Assembly (NCBI GenBank): GCA_001179505.1
Contig: CDMY01000077.1
Span: 158,080-222,079 of the forward strand
Direction: 5' to 3'
Source of the DNA: Vitrella brassicaformis CCMP3155
Lineage: Eukaryota > Protista > Chromerida
Length of the DNA: 64,000 bases
This document shows positions 36,401 to 47,500 of the stretch, piece by piece (position 1 is the first letter of the stretch; each line of letters starts with the position of its first letter). The notes under the pieces are model-generated. The model worked only from the letters and a program-made list of their open reading frames with translations, did no database searches and was not told where the DNA came from. The translations under genes and the position numbers were made by a program.

Positions 36401-38530
36401 GAAGTAAGAGTTTTAAGAGCAGGAGAGCCAGCTGTAAGATGTGCTCACGCGAAGCGACCGACCAACCATCACTGGAGTGTGGGAGCGAAGCGCACACTGG
36501 GTGAGGCAGAGGGGTGTGGTAGTGTTCTCAATGCAGTATTTTTGTCTGCTGTGGTGGGGCCACGTGCGTAGCAGAGCGACAGAGGGATCGATGGACGGGT
36601 GGCCAGTCCCCCTTTTTTATGCCCTTCGCGTGGGTCAGTCACCTCACGCGAGGCGACACGGTGGGTGGGAGGGGCACTAGCGCTGATGAACGGGGGGAGG
36701 GGGGGGGCACGAATCAGATCATGCTACGTCCTAGAGCGCTCCCTCGTGTTTTCTATATGCTGCTGGTGCCATTTACCGGTCGCGGTGTGGGCGGGCCACT
36801 TCATACAAACGGCCAGGGTTTTGCACATTCATTCATTCATGATTGATCTTTGATGCTGACCGGTGCGGTATTGTGAGGTTTCATCTCGCTCTAGATCGCC
36901 ATGCAGTCATTCCGCCTTGGTTGCACACTTCTACATCTATACACGCTTCTCCTTGGCAGCGCAGCCGTCCTTTTTGTTCATCCGCCCATCCCCCGGTCAG
37001 GCAGCCGCATACTCACCATATCCCTTGATGTACGTACCCACACACACTACTCTCACACGGACGGATGGATGGTTGGATGCACACAGATAGGTCATAGGTG
37101 TCGGACGGGCGGACATCCATCGATCTCGATCGATGCACCCATTCCATTCATCACACGGCATAGCGCACTTACAGACAGCCATCCACTGTGTTGTTGTTGC
37201 ACACACGCATGGCTTAACGACGGTTAGCCCATGCAGGAGGGGGAGGGGGTGGGGGGGTGTTAGGGTGGGTGGGTGGGAGCACTGTGCACAGACACCCCAC
37301 ATCCACATCCACACACATACACACACACCACATTCCATTCGTTGATAGGTGCACCGCGACCGTGACAATGAATGAATGCGTACATACATACATACATACG
37401 TACATATGAATGCGTACATCACACGTGTATGCATGTGGTGGGGTGAGGGGAATGAACTGTGCGGCCGTCAGTCGTAACCCTTGATTCCTCCCGCCTGCCG
37501 ATTCTTTTTCTGGTGTGGGAGGGAGGGAGAGGGGGCAGGTACGACAAAAGCTGGCTGAGTGAACTAGATGAAATGACTGCATGCATGTGCTCTCTTTCTC
37601 TGTATGCCTACATGGGTGGGATGGGATGGTGTTCTGTGATCGGGAGGGATGGATGGATATACGCCGTTTTTTAAACCAGCAGCGCCCTCCCTCGCCCCGC
37701 TGCATAATGCACGCTGTCAGTCAGTCAGTCGGTATACACATGATGTGATATGTATCCTCACATACACACATCCACAACACATTCACACGTACAGCAGTCG
37801 ATCGCGCGGTGCGTGAGCGAGGAAGGTGGTGAGTGGGACGGAGGAGAGTCGCGCAAGTACGTGCACGTTGCACGCAATCAGGAAAGAAAAGGTGCGTGTT
37901 TTTGCGGCCTCTTGTCTAACTTTTCCTGTCCGCTGTGTGCGCCGCTCAAACATGGTGTGGCCACTCTGGCTGGCAGGGAATGGGAGATATGAAGCACACG
38001 CATCCAGTGACGACCGGACGATAGTGCAAACGTCGGCCAGTGAGGGAGGGAGGGGAGGTGAGGAGGGGTGAGGTGAGGTGTCAGTCAGTCAGTCAGTCAG
38101 TCAGTTGGGACTGGTGGCCGTCGATAAGCTTCCCACTACATAAGTGCATTCATGCAAACTTCGGCCGACCGAGGAACAGCGCTGCGTTTCGTTTGCTGCT
38201 GCTGCATTTGGTTTGTCATGGGGGTTTGAGGGTCACGGGGCGGGGTACAAAAACGAACGGAGGAAGGGGCGGATGGTGTACATCATCAGCTTTGTATGTC
38301 TGTGTTCACGGGCACCTAATGGATCGCAGCAAGCGCAGGAAGGGAGAGCTACAGAGAGACGATTAATAGAGTTTGCTGATATGTACGAGGTGTGATATGA
38401 GACGATCGCTCTATGGACCGACACATCGCAGTGTACCGATAGGAGTGTTTCACTAATGAAGCTCAAACTACGACCAACACACAGCAAAAAAGGTATTCAG
38501 CGGTCAAACTGACCCACGCAAACGAACAGA
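30450..38530. repeat. ~8-kb mosaic of short microsatellites with no supported CDS
   Basis: Dense (CTGT)n, (GGCT)n, (GATG)n, (CATT)n, (CTAC)n, (GTGAT)n, (GT)n and (CGCT)n tracts. ORFs here are low-complexity artefacts. Confidence 0.85.
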
Positions 38531-39863
38531 CAGGCAATCAGACTTCCTTCCGGTCCAAACGAATTTTCGGTCGTCAAGCTGGCCGTCTCGCAGAATTAAC
38601 TGCATGCACTAGCTTCTGCGATTGAGTTTGGTGCCTTGACGATGCGTTGCGGCATTTGCACTCGTCCATTTATGATTCATTTCCACCTGCTGCATGGTCA
38701 TTGATATTTTGTTTGTGTCTGTCTGTCTGTCCTCTTCATGTGTTCACATACAGTCGTTCTCTCATGCATTGCACTGATCCGTCAGTCGTTTCTTGTGTGT
38801 CTGCTCTGTCTGATTCCTCATCACACGATGGTGGACCGCGGGTACGACACGTCCTTCAGCCTACACGACACGACATCCATCAATCATCACAAGTCTGTTG
38901 GCTGAACTAACCGGAGTGATGGGATGGATGGGACTGGGAAGTCGCTGTCGTGCTGGTACTCCTTCTCGTAACTGGCAACACACACACACACACACACACT
39001 CACACACACACCTGTCTGTCATGCGGTGCACTCACTAGTAGGCGATGGATTTGCGTGCGTCCCTCTCATATCTCCTGCGCTCTTTCCTCTGCCTGGCCAG
39101 CTCCCGTGCCTTCTGCATCGCGAGCGAGGGGCCCGGCTTGAACGCACCCAGAGGACGATCCGCACCACCACTGCACACACATGGCACACATACATCAATC
39201 AGCCACCATTGGTCCCTCCGTCCCTCTCTGCTAACTTGACGAATGAGTTGTCAGCGACGAATGGCCGGCCGTCGTAGCGCGTGAAGTCAAACCGACTCGC
39301 TGATGAGGCGCGGCCGCCACTCGACTGACGCAGCACCTACAGCGAGCAATGACACACACTGTGGATGAGCTGCGGCTGTCTGCTGTGTGTGTTGGGATAC
39401 GCACCATGGTGAGACAGAGGAGAAGCAGACACACGGCCATCGTCACCCGGCGGCCTGGCACCATCACGACGATCGATGCCAAACACAGTACGGCAGCCAA
39501 TGACTCACACTCAGTCGGTCGGTCGGTCGGTCGATTGGCAGATAAAGACGCTCCACTGAGTCAACCGATCCATTACAATTACATGTCCGCATCTGTACGC
39601 ACACACACGTGTATACGTATACACATATGTACGTAATGTGTCCAAATGACACACACAGAGAGAAAAATGACGACCGACCATCAGTCGAACGAATTGCACA
39701 CATGCCAACACACACACGCGTGTTGCCAACAAATACACACAGGTCACTCCGACTGGACACAGTGATACTGTCAAGCGTCCATACTACAAAACAGCACAAC
39801 CACCAACGGTGCCTAGCTTCCCGCACACACACATGTGCTCACAGCCCACACCCAGTCACTCTC

Positions 39864-41114
39864 TCATACGTCCGAAAAAGACTCCTGGCTGCCCCCCACC
39901 GCCTGGCTGTCGTTGCTCCCATACGCCTGTGTGGCGGCAGCCAGCCGTGAATCCTGGCCATCCCCATCACTCTTGAGTGCCGCGCCATTCGCCGTGTCGA
40001 GCGTTGTGGTGGCCTGGTCGGAGCTGCGGTAGTCGATCCACAGAGTGACGGCCGACTGGCCCGCCAGAGACACAACCACGAGGGCCACGCCGACAAGCGC
40101 CAGGTCGGTGGGCCTCTCGCCCTGGACAGCGAACAGGAGCAGAGGGCCGAGGACGGTCTCGAGACACATGTACAGCGCCACCTCGGCCGGATGCAGATAC
40201 CTTCACGGTGGAAAGCAACAGAGAGACAATCATGCATTATGTGTCCAGCTGGGAGCTTCCCTGCCTCCACTCTCTCTACCTGGGCGCGATATTGACAGCC
40301 ACGATGGCTACAGGGTAGCAGACGCCGCCCATGGCCACGAACCATGCCATCTCCACATAGCTCGGCGAGAAGGGCCGCATGTCGATCCCAACACACGCCA
40401 CAATCACCACAGAACACGCCAACGCGTACACGGCAAGCACCCTGGCGTCCACTCGAGGGTGCCGGGTGCTCACGTATCGGATGCCCACCAGGTACCCCGC
40501 AAGAGCCGCCGCAGTCACCAGTGCCAGCACATTGCCCAACACCCGGCCGGCGCGAAAGTCAGCCACAAACACCAAAACGATGCCGGTCAGCACCAGCACA
40601 ATCGCCACGGCCAGGCTGACGGCAATCCGCTCGCCCAGCAGCAGGTAGGCCAGCAGGGCGGCGAAGATCGGGTTGGATGAGTAGATGCCGAGTGCGTTGG
40701 CGGCAGTCGTCGACACAATGGCGGAGGGGAAGCACGCCATCGACACGATGAACGGCACGATGCAAAACAGAACCGACGCGCCGCCCTCTGTGAAGGTCGA
40801 CAGCCGCCGCGATGAGTGCGTGGTCGCCAGCACCACCACCAGAAGCACAGCCGCTGCCAAAGCAGACCGGAAAAATATGATCGTCCATATGCTGAAGTGC
40901 TGCACCTGCCTGCACAGGACCAGGGCAAAGGAATCGAACACAAAACACAGACACTGCATATAATGCTCTCTTGTTTTTCTTGCTTGTTTGTTTGGGCTGA
41001 CCGCAGTAGGAGTGCGTCGGGTGTGATGGCGATGACGCCAATCAGTATGGTGAGCGTCCCCTTCACCCGGTCAGGCAGGCGGACCGATGCGCAGCGACGA
41101 ACATTCGCCGGCAT
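39864..41114 (-). CDS. DMT/EamA transporter, copy B
   Basis: Same 3-exon structure as copy A. Exon 2 (~210 aa) differs by one residue (RYVGT vs RYVST); about 10 differences overall by manual count. Confidence 0.9.
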
Positions 41115-41402
41115 CTATCGCCTTATCGAACGCCAATCTCGTCTTCTGTCCACCCGTTCGTTTCGTCGGCTCTGGTGAGAGCGGTTTCACGGAGCAGCAG
41201 CGCACATAGGTGGAAGCAGATCTCGGAGGCTCCTCCCTTGTGACGTGCTCTCTGAGTCGTCATCGGGTCCTGCAGGCGACGGCATCGATTGCTGATTCAA
41301 TCCGGTGCGCTTCAGCCAATGTATGTGTGTGACATGGCAACGAGGGATGAAGGGAAGCATTGATGAGGCGTCTTGTCCTGCCTCTGTGTTGCAGATGTTA
41401 CT

Positions 41403-43076
41403 ATGATGTCTGATCAGCCCGCCAGCACCGCCCAGCCGCCGCTAATGAATGACGGCATCGACCTCTGCTGGCAGCCCAGCACCAGCCCCGCCACAAAGCG
41501 CCTCGTCCACCGCATTCTGCGCCGTGAGCTGACGCCCGCCATCGCCACTCGACTCATCCAGACCAAAGGAGCCGACCCCGACGCACTTGTCGGCTTCCAC
41601 GAGAAGGCATCTGGAGTCCACTCATCCACCAAATGGGTGCCTCTTCTGTCGATGGCGATTGACGACCCGACAGGCAGCGTCCCCTATGTGTGGTGGATGT
41701 CTTCGGACCTCAAGACGCCCCTGCTGCTCAAGCCGTGGTCGTCTCGCCAGCTGCAGCGCAAGATACTCCAGGCGCTCATCAGCTGCGGCGCCAACGTCAA
41801 CCGCTATCATCCCTATCACGATGGCATGAGGCCGATCCGTGTGGCGGCCAATACGGGCAACATTGAGGCAGTGGAGGTGCTGTTGGCCACAAATCAACTC
41901 GATGATATAGCCTTCCCCCTTCCCGTCGTCCCTCCCCTCCAGACGTCGCAAGCCTATGGCGATGCCCTCATCGGTGTGGCGCGCCGACTGATGCAGCACG
42001 ACCCTTCACTGAGTGGCCGTGCGGTGCTCTCAGCTGCTATTTCACGACCCCTTCTGTCCAAGGCCTTCGTTTACGAGTACGTGGACACCCTAGTGCAGCA
42101 CGGGGACCCCATACCGGCAGCCACGGTGCGCAGCGCACTCTTCATTGCCGCCCATGGTGGCAGCCACTGGGTGGTGGACTACCTGTGCCAGCGCCTCGCC
42201 ACTCCCACTGAGATCAACCCTGCACAAGGTCACCCGCTGCTCTGGAGTGCCGCAGATCAGCTGCAATTCCTACTTGAGCAGTGGGATGGTGACGACGACA
42301 ATGTACCGGACCGGACGGCTGAGCTCATCCGCGAGCGCAAGCTGGTGGTCCGGTCCTTTCTGCGGGCGGGGGCCGACCTCTCGACGAATGTCCTGCCCAC
42401 CACCACGCCCGTTCAGCGGAAGCGGCGTGAGCTGGTGCTGAAGGAGTACATCACTGTGCTCAACGAGCTGCCCTTCGTCGTCATGGACGCGATCAACGCC
42501 GCCCTCGCCCCCCAGCGCGACGCCGACATCCTCATGACGCGCATCCTGCCCCTGGTGGATCACAACGACGAGGACGCCTCCCTCCCCCACCCGCCCTCCC
42601 CCTCGCCCCTCTCATTCGGACCACAGGAGGCCGCCGCCATCGCATGGAAGATCGGGGCCTTCCTGCACGACCCCCCCGCCGCATTCACCGCCATCAACAG
42701 CTTTCTCACCAATGCGTCGGCGCTCAAGCGGCGCGTCACGGCGGCTGTTGGGCATTTCGTCAAGTGGGCGGCGACCAAGACGGTCAGCAATCGGCAGGTG
42801 GTGGGCGGGTGGAGCCGGGGGCCGGACGGGCAGACGGTGCGTGTGCCGCAGCTGCAGTGCTTCGCCATCGATGCCGGGCAGCACCACACACACAGACGGC
42901 TGGGGGTGCGTGAGGTGGTGCATCGCGCCGGGCTGGATGAGGTGCGGCAACACGGCCTAGAGGGGGTGGTCAAGGGCTTCAACAACGAGGAGGGCAATGA
43001 CGACTGTCAGTTCCAGTGGGGCCGCCTGGGCTACGTCGACCAGACAGGGCAGTGGGTGTCGTTGGGCATCAGCTGA
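41403..43076 (+). CDS. Ankyrin-repeat-like protein, copy B (intact)
   Basis: Uninterrupted ~557-aa ORF after a splice acceptor (gtgttgcag at ~41394). Same architecture as copy A, ending CQFQWGRLGYVDQTGQWVSLGIS*. Confidence 0.85.
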   Translation: MMSDQPASTAQPPLMNDGIDLCWQPSTSPATKRLVHRILRRELTPAIATRLIQTKGADPDALVGFHEKASGVHSSTKWVPLLSMAIDDPTGSVPYVWWMSSDLKTPLLLKPWSSRQLQRKILQALISCGANVNRYHPYHDGMRPIRVAANTGNIEAVEVLLATNQLDDIAFPLPVVPPLQTSQAYGDALIGVARRLMQHDPSLSGRAVLSAAISRPLLSKAFVYEYVDTLVQHGDPIPAATVRSALFIAAHGGSHWVVDYLCQRLATPTEINPAQGHPLLWSAADQLQFLLEQWDGDDDNVPDRTAELIRERKLVVRSFLRAGADLSTNVLPTTTPVQRKRRELVLKEYITVLNELPFVVMDAINAALAPQRDADILMTRILPLVDHNDEDASLPHPPSPSPLSFGPQEAAAIAWKIGAFLHDPPAAFTAINSFLTNASALKRRVTAAVGHFVKWAATKTVSNRQVVGGWSRGPDGQTVRVPQLQCFAIDAGQHHTHRRLGVREVVHRAGLDEVRQHGLEGVVKGFNNEEGNDDCQFQWGRLGYVDQTGQWVSLGIS

Positions 43077-43524
43077 CTGCTTCAGTGGGGGACAAGACGG
43101 TTTCGGTGTGGTGGGTGGTATCGGTTTAAGTGCTGACTGATTGGGACAATTCTGTGCTCGTCTGTGTGTTGTATTCATGTTGACCTGCTTTCAATTGCTG
43201 CCTACACGGGCTGCAAAGCCGAAGTTCACTCCATGATTCATAGCCGATAGAGTCTTCGGTCAGCTGCACGTATTCGTCACCATCCCCCAAGCAAAAAAAC
43301 TTGTGTATACTGCACAACACGCCAACACGCAGTGTCCGGTGGCGTTCCTCAGGCCATGTCAAAAAACGACACGACTGGGGAAGGACCCACACCGCCTCTA
43401 TACACACAGGTCACCAAACGTCCAGCAGAGAGCAGACAGACAGGCTAAACGAGCAAGACAGCCAAGACATGGCCATGTACATCCACTCGTAGGTACGCAG
43501 AGCAGCACTGGAAATGGGGTGGCC

Positions 43525-44437
43525 TCATCCTCCTTGGCTGGCAGCGATGCGCTGGGCTCTTTCGAAGAGTGCGTTGCACTCGTCCTCCAGCACCGCTCCC
43601 CGCACCAGGGTGGGCGGCTTCCTGAACGACTCACGAATGACCGTCCTGACATAGACAGCACCACGGTGGGGACAAGAAGAGGTCAGGAGTGGGCATTCCT
43701 TCTGCTTACGAGGTGCTGATTTGGATCTGGTTGTAGCCGTACTGGGTGAGCTTCTCTGAGAATCGGAAGACACGCAAGGTGACGGCAACGGTGCAATGCG
43801 GCAATGCATGATTCACACTTCAGGAGTACTGACCGATGCTGGTGCCGTAACAGATTCGATGTATGTTGCCCGTCCACTCGATGGCGCTCGCGCACATGGC
43901 ACATGGCTCGCCCGTCGTGTAGAGGGTGACAAAGCGGCCGCTCACCTTCCCATTCGTCTTCCTGACAGGCACACACAGGCAGACAGACTCTCCCATACAC
44001 GTGAACGATTGTGTGCTTCTTTGCTATGCACCTGAGAAGCTTCGCGATGGTCGTGGTTTCGCCGTGGTAGATGGGCCTGCACAGATGGCACACGAGCATT
44101 GCTCAGGCGTCATCCTGCGTTTCGTCTGTTGTGCGTATTCTCACCCGATGTATGGCGGTTCGTTGTTGTGGCCGCGCATCAGCTCCACCATCTCTCTGTC
44201 ACTCGTCTCATCCACGATCAGACAGCCGAAAGGGAAGCGGGGCTGCTTCTCGCCTTCAGAGATAGCTACTCTCATGGCCCTCTCGTCGTAGGGTCGCACC
44301 AACATGTTCTCATCGGTGCCATCTGCCATCTCGCGGCCCATTTGTCGCGTTGCCTGCTCCAGGATGCGCATGGGGAATGGCAAAGGCGGTTCCGACAGAT
44401 CTGCGAGCTCAGCGATGGTGCGAATGATCGAACTCAT
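43525..44437 (-). CDS. Zn-dependent nucleoside/nucleobase deaminase (cytidine-deaminase fold; TadA/GuaD-like), 5 exons, 210 aa
   Basis: Exons 44437-44145, 44076-44032, 43961-43834, 43755-43710 and 43645-43525, all GT-AG and phase-compatible. Protein: MRVAISEGEKQPRFPFGCLIV...GHNN...PIYHGETTTI...TLYTTGEPCAMCASAIEWTG..RICYGTSIEKLTQYGYNQIQI...GAVLEDECNALF. HxE and PCxxC Zn ligands intact. Confidence 0.93.
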
Positions 44438-44524
44438 TGCACGCGCGCATTTCGAGCGAGCGCTTCATTGACCCATAAAATCGATTAATAACATAGCACG
44501 CACCACTCATCACGTATTACGCAA

Positions 44525-47500
44525 TCAAGCCCCCTGTGCGAGCGAGGGGCTGAGATCCACATCTATCTCTCCTTCCTCTTTTTCCCCATTCGAGACCAGG
44601 AACCCATGCAGTTTGCGAATGTGCATGCACAGATCCGCGTACTTCTCCAGCCGCACCGTCGGAGCGTCTTGGCCCACGGACATACCGAACACTCTGCACA
44701 AAACACAGCAAAAGAGGGAGAAGCAGGTGTGCTTTCTATCGGTTGCCATGTGCGTTTTCATGTGCGCGAGACTCTCTTGCCTGTAGAGTATGTATTTGCT
44801 TCTCTTCTGGAGGGCGAATCGGAGCTCGTTCATCGACAGGTCGATGTGTTCTTTCGTGCCGCGGGAAGTCGATTTCACTTCGACCACTTCGCAAAGACGC
44901 AACTGTAGCAACCATGACGACAAGGCAGACAGGACACAATGCATGTACGGATGGGGCCAGCCCGCGTGCCGCTGGTGGTGCCTCCCCGCGTACCAGCTGC
45001 TCGTCGTCAAGAAGCTGGCGTATGTGCATGATGGCCGGGCATCCTCGTGCAACCACAATGTCGAAGGGCAGACCGCTCTCCTCCTCCTCGTTGACCCATA
45101 TCACGCAGCTCTCGTCACGGCCAGCCTCCTTCTCCACATCTCTCAGGTACTCGAACACAATCCTCTCGCCCGCACGACCGATTTCACCTCGCGGGTCCTC
45201 TCCATCGACCGCCAGTTCAACTGCCGTCTCGCCCTTGCTGCTGTGGTTGGCCTGGTAGATGTCCTGCACGAGCTTCTGCAGCCCACCCAGCTGCATTTGC
45301 TCCCGCGTCAGGTCCCTCTCGTCCGCAATGCCATGATACACCCCACCACGCCCGTGGCAGATCTTCGATCTCCGCATCTTCCTCCGGATGCTTTGATCAC
45401 GGAATAAGTTGTCTTGCTGGTCATGTTGCTCGTGCTGGTGCCGACTGATACTGCCGCCTCCCCTCCCCCTCCCCCTGGCTCTGCCTCTCTTGGCTCGGTC
45501 CATCAGGTTGGTCAGATGACTCGCCGACAGCTCAAAGGACACCGCCTCGCCGTACTCAGGAACCACCAGCGGCGCTGGAGGTGACTGGTGTTGCCGTGGC
45601 TGTTGGTCACCTTCTACGTCAGCCACTGCACCGCTGCCATACTGTCTTTTGAAGCTCTTCGGCAGGCGCTTGGGCCTGTCGTCATTCTGATCTGGCTGGG
45701 CGGGAGGGTCCTCTGGCAGCTGGCCCTCGAGCAGTGTGCCGACACTCACATTCAGAGGTTGCTGGGACAGCGGGTCGAAGGGAGCCGCTGTCGGGTTGAG
45801 GGTCGAGGCCGCGCTGACGCTCTCTGCCTCTGCGGCGTTGTCACTGGATTCGTCTTGTGGGTGTTTCTGCTTGGCGAGGGAGGCGAGAAGGTCAGCGTAG
45901 CGCTGCAGGGGCGTGGGAAGACATACGCTGGCGGGCAGGAGGACCTCTGGCTCGTCGGACGGAGGCGCAAGCCAGTGGCTGGGGGCCTGACAGAAAGAGA
46001 TGGAAGCAATGGGAGCAGAACTTTGTGAATCGTCGTCCTGTTGTGATTCCATACCTGAACTGGTGATGAGGTGTGCTGGATGGCACCTCGTAGCTTGTCT
46101 CTGAACTGCTTGGCGCAGAGTGCGCCTGACACGAAAGTCACGTCACCTCCTTTGCCGCTCTCCACCAGCTGCAGCTTCTCCTTCATCCTGGCTGAGTCGA
46201 ATGCCGTGCAGACGAAGTCACTAATCGCTTGCAGACACCGCGTCATGTGTTTGGCGACGTCGCCCCAGAGCTCTGGGGGGCTACCCCGTGGCAGCACGCT
46301 GCCTCGCGCCAGCACGTCGACCACCTTGGCCGTCAGCTGCCCAGCCACGGCCTTCAGGTACTTCTGCAGCCCGTCGTTGCTGAGCTTGTGCAGATGTCGT
46401 GATGAGTCCCAGTCACTCGGCGTGGTGAGATAGACCTTCGCACCGTCGCACGCTACAGATGTCTCCATTGTGGTCACAGGAAGGCTCGCCCCATTGACGG
46501 GAAGGAAGACGCTCTCCTTTACTCGCCTGCAGAAGACGACCTCAGAGGGGCAGTTGTCGGCCGACAAAAGGCCCCAGAGGCACATCCTTGTCCGCTCGAA
46601 AAAGGCGTCGGCCTCCTCCCGCCGGCCAATGCCATGTAAGAAGCTATCCGACTGATCGACTCGTTGCCGAAGGGCGCCCTCCACAGCATGGATCAACAGC
46701 GCCAGCACGTCGGCCGCCAGCAGCTCGGCAACGTCACCAACTTGGAGTGCGCAGAAGCGTTCGTCAGTCGGCTGCAGAAGCGGCGAAGAGGGCCCGACGT
46801 GTCTGAGCAGCATGAAGGGTCGGGTCGCCAAGTCACTGGGGTCGATCTTCCGCTGCGCCACGGTGGACAAGCGGGGCACATCCAGCGCCTCCAGCAGGGG
46901 AAGCATGTTCTCGTCGGAAGTCAAGCGATCACGTGCAGCGCTGCCTCCGCCAAAGAGGACAATGGGCTGGTCTGCGTCACTTGGCGGCTGAAGGGCCTGT
47001 CGATGGAAGGCAGGGTCGAGAGGCGCCGAGGCGTCGAGGAGGTCATCGAAGATGACGCGGTAGCGGGTCAGGTCGACGAAGCCCTTTGCGACGTTGCCGA
47101 CGTTGTGATCGAATGCGCGCCAAATGCTGAAGAGCACAGGGGGAACACTGTGTCCCAAGGCCACTTGCTGGCTGATGTGCAGGTTACCTTGCCTCACGCA
47201 GACCGCGACTCAGTTGAGGTCTGCCATCAAGATTCAGGTGGCCTTCCCGCGCTTGGGTGGAGAGCTCCGCCAAGAGCCTGTAGATATAGGGGAGACGAAA
47301 ATATGTGAATACTCTGTCGTATTCCGCGTACCGTTTTATTTCGCCGATGACTACATCTCTGCCCTCCCGAAACCTGCTCTCCGGTGAGTGAATCAACCTC
47401 CCTCCCAACAGCTCAGGCTTCGCATAGTCTTCCGGCGTGCGATGACAGCCAGCCTTCTCAAAAAACGGCGCCAGATCGATCTCGTAGTAGTGGTCAAGAA

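Larger units (their letters stand above)
38535..43155. repeat. Copy B of the inverted segmental duplication
   Basis: Reverse-complement match to 15610-20810. The inter-gene spacer is ~200 bp here versus ~750 bp in copy A. Confidence 0.95.

Noticed and set aside
30450-38530. Dozens of 60-260 aa ORFs in the microsatellite block
   Set aside because: Translations are built from simple repeats (HTHT, CVCV, SQSV, WMDG), often start at non-ATG codons, and show no coding bias or motifs.
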